From the NCBI RefSeq assembly GCF_009914755.1, contig NC_060937.1: 64,000 nucleotides of DNA, one strand, 5' to 3'. This document shows, in pieces, positions 57,401 through 64,000 of the stretch. The notes beneath the pieces were generated by a model. It searched no databases. It was not told where the DNA came from and saw only the letters and a list, made by a program, of their open reading frames with translations. Source of the stretch: the human T2T-CHM13v2.0 reference genome, Homo sapiens. A program made the position numbers and the translations under genes. Each line of letters opens with the position of its first letter. The first letter of the stretch is position 1.

Positions 57401-58900
57401 CAACTGCAGGCCGTGGGGGACTCTTCAAGGACTCGCGCAACCCGAGCCGAGCTTCCTGGCTGGGCACTGGGCTCAGCCAGTGCTGAGAGCGCTTTCGCTG
57501 GGCCAGTCAAGACAGCAATAAGTTTGCCTCTATTTGGGAAACCTTTCCAGGCTTGCCTGCCCTCTTTTAAGAGGGAGACTAGGTGGTGGGATCGTCAGCT
57601 GCCAATGTGTGCACTCGTTCTAAAGAAGGCGAGAGAAAGTAAAGCGAACCTGTGCAGTGTTTGCTGGGCTTCCAAAACGCGGAACTTAGTCGACCCCCCA
57701 GCGAACCGGACGGCGCTTTGGTCCCCTCACACCTAACGGTACTCAGAGCCTGGTGCGGGAGCTGGCGCGCTCGCTCCTGGTTTCCTTCCAATTTAGGCAA
57801 AGGCCCTGGCCGCCCGTCTTCCTGCTTCTGCTGTGCCCTGCCACAGCACTCCTAAGACGGCGAATTCGTTTCTGCGCCAATTTTGTTTTGAATATCTACA
57901 AACCACTTTTCCTTGCATGAAGAAAACAAGGCAGGGCCCCCTGGCCCGTCCCACACCTGCGAGAGGCAGAGATACAGAGGCCTCGGGCCTCAGCCTTCAT
58001 TTCCCCGCCCTAGCTTCGCGCCAAGCTGCAGTGTCCCCGACACACTGTCAGGACACGCGCTTTTCGCCCCTACTTTGTTCTTGCGCAGTCTTCCCAGCTG
58101 CGGAGAGGAGGGAGCGAAAGCAAAACGAAAGCACCCGGGGCGCATCAGTTGCAATAGCTTCCCTGAGCGCGGCCGTGGGAGGCCAAGATCTGAGGTCGCG
58201 AGGCGACGGTGGGGGCCCGAGCTGCGCAGAAACTGGGTGGGGGCGGTCCCTGGAGGGCGCCCGGGAGCTGCTAGAAGTTGTCCGGAGCCCCTCAACCCCC
58301 TTGGAAAAGCGAACGCGGATGTTAATATACCAACTCCGCAGGGAACTTTTGGCCCGGGTCTTGAGCTGAAATTCCAGACTGAATGGGACCGTGCTGAAAG
58401 TTCGACGAGGCAAAGGAGTATGGCGCGGGGGCAAGCTTTGACCCCCGGCTTCGTATCCTCGGGAGAGGCCGGGACTCCGGCTCGCCCAGCGAGGGTGCGC
58501 AGAGGCCTCCTGGGATTCTAGGCCCACAGAATTTTTGCTCCAGTGAAGTTGGATAAGCACTCCGCCTCCCCGCAAAAACCAGAGTTCTCGGCTTATAAAC
58601 ACTTCAATAAACTCTGGTGACATTCTCCGCGCTCGCTCCTTGCCCTCGCGGCAGTCACTGCAGGGACAAAGGCGGCCTGCGCAGACTTGGAAGAGGCGCG
58701 GCCCGCGTGGGCGGCTTTACCGGCCAAAGACGTTTTCAGTTAAGGGGAGGCATCTTCAGAGCTGAGGGTAACTCCCCACAGCCACCCCGCAGGTAGGGCA
58801 GCCAACCCCAATCTGGTCAGCTTAAAAGTGTCCTCGGTTTCGCCCCCTTTCCCAGCGAACCAACACTGGCAGATTGGCCTGCGAGCCGCTCGCTCTGTTG
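54430..58900. promoter_or_regulatory. Large CpG island containing the distal DLEU2 promoter
   Basis: Dense CpG, GC boxes, CRE TGACGTCA 55078-55085, E-box CACGTG 56348-56353, TATA/MEF2 56148-56157, short (GGC)n 56407-56427. Confidence 0.88.
55884..56128 (-). ncRNA. DLEU2: DLEU2 distal alternative first exon; probably splices to exon 2 across ~49.6 kb
   Basis: Minus-strand TATAAATAG at 56156-56148, about 30 nt upstream of the inferred start; strong donor CAG|GTCAGT (GT at 55882-55883); resembles the recalled 5' end of the long DLEU2 isoform. Confidence 0.75.
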
Positions 58901-60129
58901 CTCTAGCACATTTATGTAGCCAAACGGTCGAAGAGCCCCATCTTTAAGCCCAATAAACACTTAACTTTATTCTATTTAATAACACATTTTGTTGTGGCAA
59001 TATTTGTGGATTTTGGCAGGTATTAAAATCTGGTGATCCTAAATGAGTCCAATGTGGAAATGCAGTATTCTCTACGAGTAAATAGTTCTGTGCTTCCTCT
59101 CACTGGCACCTGACGCAAGGCGCAGCCAAGGACTATTACACCTCTGGCTGCTCGGACGCATCTTCGCACTGCGCCCCCTCGCTCTTTAAACCTGGGAGAC
59201 TTGTAATTGTGTACCTGTTTGCATTGTTTAGCCTATGCATCGCAGATTATTCATTTTACTAACAGGACTCAAAAACAGCTGTAATTTTCAAAGATGCACG
59301 ATGGAGTTCGCTTAGGCGAACCTCGGGAAGGCAGTCTTGGTTTCCTGCTAATGTTTTGCCGGTAACAGGCAGTAGTCAATCCCAGACTAGCTTTGTTGGT
59401 TTTTATTCCTCCCCTCTTTACCACAACGGCAAATACCAGAAAGTCCCAACTGTAAAAAGGGCGGCCCACTCCGCCCAAATTTCTCTATACGATGCTGAGA
59501 GGCGAGCTACAGGTGAAATAGACTCCTAGGCACTTCTCTTAGAAAAAGCCTTCTATTTCCTCTTTGAAAATACTTAGCAAAAGCTGTTTTTGACTTAACA
59601 GACTATAAAAATGCCTACTTTCACCATGCTCGCCCTTTGGTTTCATACGAAGCCACTTTTCTCACTTTCTTGCAAGTTCTTTTTTTCCTTTGTAATATAT
59701 TTTTGTGAAACAGGTTCGATTGGGTTATCTTGCTAAACTGTCCGTCTAAAATTATGAAGTTGATGTTTTCTACTCTCCTTTGTTTAAACAAAAAGGACGC
59801 ACACGGATGTGAAAGCCCGTGGTTGCCTTTATTCTGCACGCCACCTTTTTTTTTTTTTCTCTGCGTTCACAAATGATGCTTTGCCTGGGCTAGGTTCAGA
59901 CTTCAGTACCTAAAACGTTATGCGTCTGGGCAGTCCCCAAGAGCTATCGAAAGGCCAGCCTTGCTCACCCCATTGGAACCAGCATCAGAAACCTCGATTT
60001 AGAGTCCAATTTGGAAACAGATCCGTGCCTTTCTCGGTGAAATGGGAAGTTGCCTAAACGATGCATCTGGCTTTAGATTTTATGGGGAATATGATCTGGA
60101 AAAGGGAACGCCTGTTTCAGCTGGGGCAA

Positions 60130-61450
60130 CACGCCTCGCGCGGGTCCCCTGGGGCTTCTCCTGCAAACAACGCGCGGGATCTCGACCCGCAGGGCCTCAG
60201 TCGACCTCTGCGCGCCAGGCTTGGGGTTGACCCCACACCAGCGCGCTCCCTTCCTGGCCTCGCCTGGGGTCTCTGGCAGTGGCTGACGAGGCTTTTTGAC
60301 CAAAGGAGAAAGTTTGAGGCTGCAGATCACATGTCCTTAAAGGATCTGGGGAGAGGGAGAGGCTCTTTGCAATTGGTGCCAAGAAACTCGAACATCCCGC
60401 GCTCGCCGCGAGGCGAAAAGAACTATCCTGGGGGAGCACAAGTGTTCCCGAGACTTTGCCAAAGTTTCCAGAGTCCGGAGGTAGCTTGCCTCCCACCCCC
60501 GCCCACCACTGGGTTATTTCCTAATCCCCTCTAGGCTGCCTCGGGCGAGGACCCAGGCGGGGCCCGGGGTGGCGGAGCAGGGAGAGTGGTGGGGAAGATG
60601 GACCTTCCTTGTGGCCGGCTCCTTCGGCAGTGGAAACCTCTAAGGGGTTAAAATGGCGCGGCTGGATGGGCGTGGGGAATGTTGCCAGTGTTCGGTCCCG
60701 ACTCAGGGGAGAAACGGGGTGGGGGTGTGGGGATCCCGGAAAGGGCCGGAAAAGCCGGGAGCACCGGGAGGTGTGAGGCCAGAGTTTCTGCTACTGGGGG
60801 CTCTTCCAGGGAAGACGCTGGCGGGAATAGGATGGGGCTGGCAGCTGGGGAGCCTCGCGGTGGCTATTGCACGTCTCGGCCCCCCTGGACAGGGTTATGT
60901 CAGGAGAGCGCCCTGGCACCGAGCTCTGGCCGCTGGATAAGATACTCCCTCGCCGGCTCCCTCCGTGAGCGGGGCTGGGCGGGTGCGGAGGGGCGGGCGG
61001 TGCGCCTCGCCGAGCCCGGGGCGCTGAGGTCGGCAAGTCGTCTTCGGAACTGGCGGCGGCGCTTCTCCAGTCGACGTGGAAAAAAAAATCGTCTCAAATA
61101 GCACCCCTCGGTCTGCAGCCCTTTAACACTGGTAAAGTAGATAACAAGGAACTCTGCTGAACGAGGGAAACTCAGTTTAGAACGTCCCAGAGTTTCCAAG
61201 TTTGTCAAGCGACTGGGAATCTTGGTCGCCGCGTGGAGAGCTGCGCCCATTTCCCCTTCCAGAAGAAAACTGAAGGCGTATTCCTCCAAAGGAAGGCTGC
61301 AGTCAGGCGCCACACAGAACACAGGCAGTCCTCTCCGGCCGATCTCGGGCTCGCCTCTCCCAGGGCCGTAGGGAGCATCTTTTCTGAGCAGCCCCGGGAG
61401 GGCAGCTCCGGGCGCTCTCCGCGCTGGGCCCTGCCGCGGCCGGTGCGTTA
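60130..61450. promoter_or_regulatory. Satellite CpG island
   Basis: GC/CpG-rich block with GC boxes and AAAATGGCG at ~60650. Confidence 0.7.
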
Positions 61451-61783
61451 CATCAGGAAACGCTTGGTCCGGTTTTCTGTCTGCTAGTCAAAACAATTGG
61501 CTGAATCTCGAAATAACTTTTTTGATAGTCCGGAAAAGAAACATGACAAATAGACTCACCATCAGGCTTGCGTCAGAGAACCATTTTCCCCAGACTATAG
61601 TGAGATTGTTTTTTTCATTAGTTGCAGGAACTGATTTTTTTATGATTTACCTACCTGCTGCAGTTGCTGAATGTATTCTTCTCCCCTCCTTTTCCCCACT
61701 TCATCTGGTTGTCAACTCCTTTCCCTCCCCGCCCCCATCCCCCATCCCTTTTAAAGCTCCGGGTACTGGAGTCCATCGTATCC

Positions 61784-61787
<4 letters not shown>

Positions 61788-61824
<37 letters not shown>
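61788..61824. repeat. (GT)n microsatellite
   Basis: Read directly from the sequence. Confidence 0.95.
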
Positions 61825-61826
<2 letters not shown>

Positions 61827-62533
61827 CCCGCTAGTCTAGCCCAGCGTTTATTAATGGTCAATATAAGCCACAGTGTTTGCATAGCCCTCACAAAATGGGT
61901 CATGTTTTCGGTTCCTTTGATCTGCAGCGACGGAAAAGTTTTGCTTTGCATATTCTCTTTTTTGCACATCGAGTTTAGTGACGGTGCTCTCCTCACAAGT
62001 TACAAGTTCCCTCCCCTTTCAAACAGTTATAGGGATCTATTTTTACAGGGACCCAAAGAGTTAGGAGAAATCCAGCATGTGCTAAGGCTCACCTTCACTT
62101 TTTTTTTTTCCACACAAGGATTAACATTAACGATGTAATGAGTTAAAACAGACTTTAATACCACTAAGCATGGATTTCCCCATTAACCTTGGCAATTATG
62201 TCACTTCAAAGAAGGAAGTATCAATAACGAAATTCTTTTGAATTAAATAAAATTATGGAAATTGTCCATCTGAGGTCTGGGCGCAGAAGAAGGAGGTTTC
62301 GGTATTTTAAAGAAGAACTCTTATTGGTGGATAATTATTAATATGAAATGAAATTTGTAAAGCTAGCCCTATCAGGGTACCTATATATATAGGTGCTTGA
62401 TGAGTATTTAGTCTCCCTCACACCATTTTCTAATTCCCATCCTTGAAAATTTTGGCAGGAAATACAGACTTCCCAGTGGCTAAAAAATTATGCTGAAACT
62501 TCTCTTGTGGTTCAGGTAACCTCCACTTACTTA

Positions 62534-62537
<4 letters not shown>

Positions 62538-62565
<28 letters not shown>
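62538..62565. repeat. (CA)n microsatellite
   Basis: Read directly from the sequence. Confidence 0.95.
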
Positions 62566-62569
<4 letters not shown>

Positions 62570-62959
62570 TTATCCAGGGAACTTTAATAGCTTATTAAAC
62601 CTTAATGGAACTATCTAGGCAAAATAAAAATAATGGTGATTACGTATTCTAAATCCAAAACACATTAAATTAACTCGAATTTTTTGATGGTTCCAATAGG
62701 TAACTATTACCACCTGATTTCGTTTACGAGTTTCCACAGTAAAAACGAAATTTGTCAGCACTCGTTTGCTTCTAGCATTTCTGCTACAGCAGGCTTCGCC
62801 GGCAGACTGATCTTTCTAGACCTTGTCTCTTTCAGAGCGCCAATTTTATATTGAGGCTATTCAGTTCTCCACTTTTAAGAGAGACGGGTGCACTTTTTTT
62901 TCCTTTAAAAATCAAATGAGAAAATGGAGAAAGAGTTTGTAGCACTCACGGGTGGAGAA

Positions 62960-64000
62960 AACCCATCTGCCTGATCCTTTTGTCCCGGTGCGGAGTCGCT
63001 GGAGAGGAGAGTCTCCTGGAGCCGCTTCGCGGATCCCACTGGGTCACCTGGTCCTGGCTTATTTTCTTTGAGGCCCATTCTCGGGGAGTAAATAGACAGT
63101 AGCGAGTTTCCTGGCAACTTTGCACTACTCTTTAAATAGAAGAGAATTCCTCCAGTTTGCCTCCCCTTATAGGCTTTCCCGCCTCAAATTGTTTTAAATG
63201 CTCCTCACAGTCTTTTTGCCCCTTCTCCCAATGACAAGGCAAGTCTCAGCGGGTGACCTTGGTGTGTGCCGCAGGGTTCAGGCTCTTGGAGCCCAGCTGC
63301 CCTGCTGAGAGAGCGGGAGGATAGTCGCACCTAATTAGTACGCGGCTCCGGCGGAGATGAGTGCGTGGGCACTGTGCGTGCATCTTGCACATGACACCCA
63401 AGTTCAAAGCGCCCTGCTTATGAAAACTTGGGGCATCAATATCGTCTCATCACTCAGGCGCCCTTAGCGAATCTGGACAGATCGAGGGGCGCAGTCTTGG
63501 CTTCCGGACCAGGACTTTCTTTTTTTGAGATCTATTTAGCTAGTTTAGAAAAATACACCTTATGCGAACATATACAGCTATTTTCTCGCCCTCCACTCCA
63601 GTGGTCTGCAAGCCCCTGGTGCTAGTGTGAATATTCCTGAGTCCTGAGCGGGTTCCCGCCCGTGCAGAGCCAAGAACACTGAGCGGAGGTCACTGTAAGT
63701 TCAGAGCCGTGCATCCTGGTTAGAATTGGGAGAAAAAATTCTAAGCCCGCCCGGAGCTGCTCAGAAAAGATGGGTCTCGGTCCAGCGCCCCCTTAAAGTC
63801 CTCAGTGCGCGAAAGTCTTGGATTACTGTGCTTTGCGCAAATTGGACGCCACGCCTGAAGGGCCCGCGGAATCAATCGCTTGCCTTCTGTGGGGTCCTGG
63901 CATCAGCGTGACCAGGACATGCTATTATTATTGCAAACCGAGACTTGAAGTGGACCCCCAGCCTCCACCCAAGCCCTGCGGCCAGGGAATAATTCTAAGG
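62960..64000. promoter_or_regulatory. Weak CpG-rich block running to the window end
   Basis: Elevated CpG relative to the intronic background. Confidence 0.5.

Noticed and set aside
54490-58623. Many overlapping 150-260 aa ORFs on both strands
   Set aside because: Pro/Arg/Gly/Ala-rich, with no recognisable domain. Expected from stop-codon scarcity in a CpG island.
62379-62394. 16-bp perfect palindrome ACCTATATATATAGGT
   Set aside because: Mostly a (TA)n core in what looks like a decayed L2/MIR tail. Too AT-long for a CArG box.

Overview
Human (primate) genomic DNA. I recognise it from exon sequences as the 13q14 DLEU2/DLEU1 locus, part of the region recurrently deleted in CLL. A CpG-island bidirectional promoter at ~12.5-12.8 kb drives DLEU2 on the minus strand (exon 1 ~12404-12560, exon 2 6139-6233) and DLEU1 on the plus strand (exon 1 ~12751-13138, terminal exon 35286-~35880). 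The two DLEU1 exons carry the 78-aa LEU1 ORF. DLEU2 is the host of miR-15a/16-1, which from established knowledge lies to the left of this window; I did not see the hairpins here. A second, large CpG-island complex at ~54.4-64 kb holds a TATA/MEF2-type distal DLEU2 promoter and an alternative first exon (~55884-56128). Between the two islands are ~27 Alus, an old L1 with nested insertions (RPL18 processed pseudogene, Alus, Tigger4/MER46-like, MER58A-like), and L2, MIR and LTR relics. There is no conventional protein-coding gene, and I found no evidence of a wholly new biological system. The best leads are transposon-derived splice and poly(A) signals in DLEU1, strong candidate cassette exons and recursive-type splice sites in DLEU2, a strong-Kozak Arg/Gly sORF in the distal DLEU2 exon, and a pair of convergent identical TATA/MEF2 boxes. 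Repeat subfamily calls and boundaries were made by eye and are approximate.
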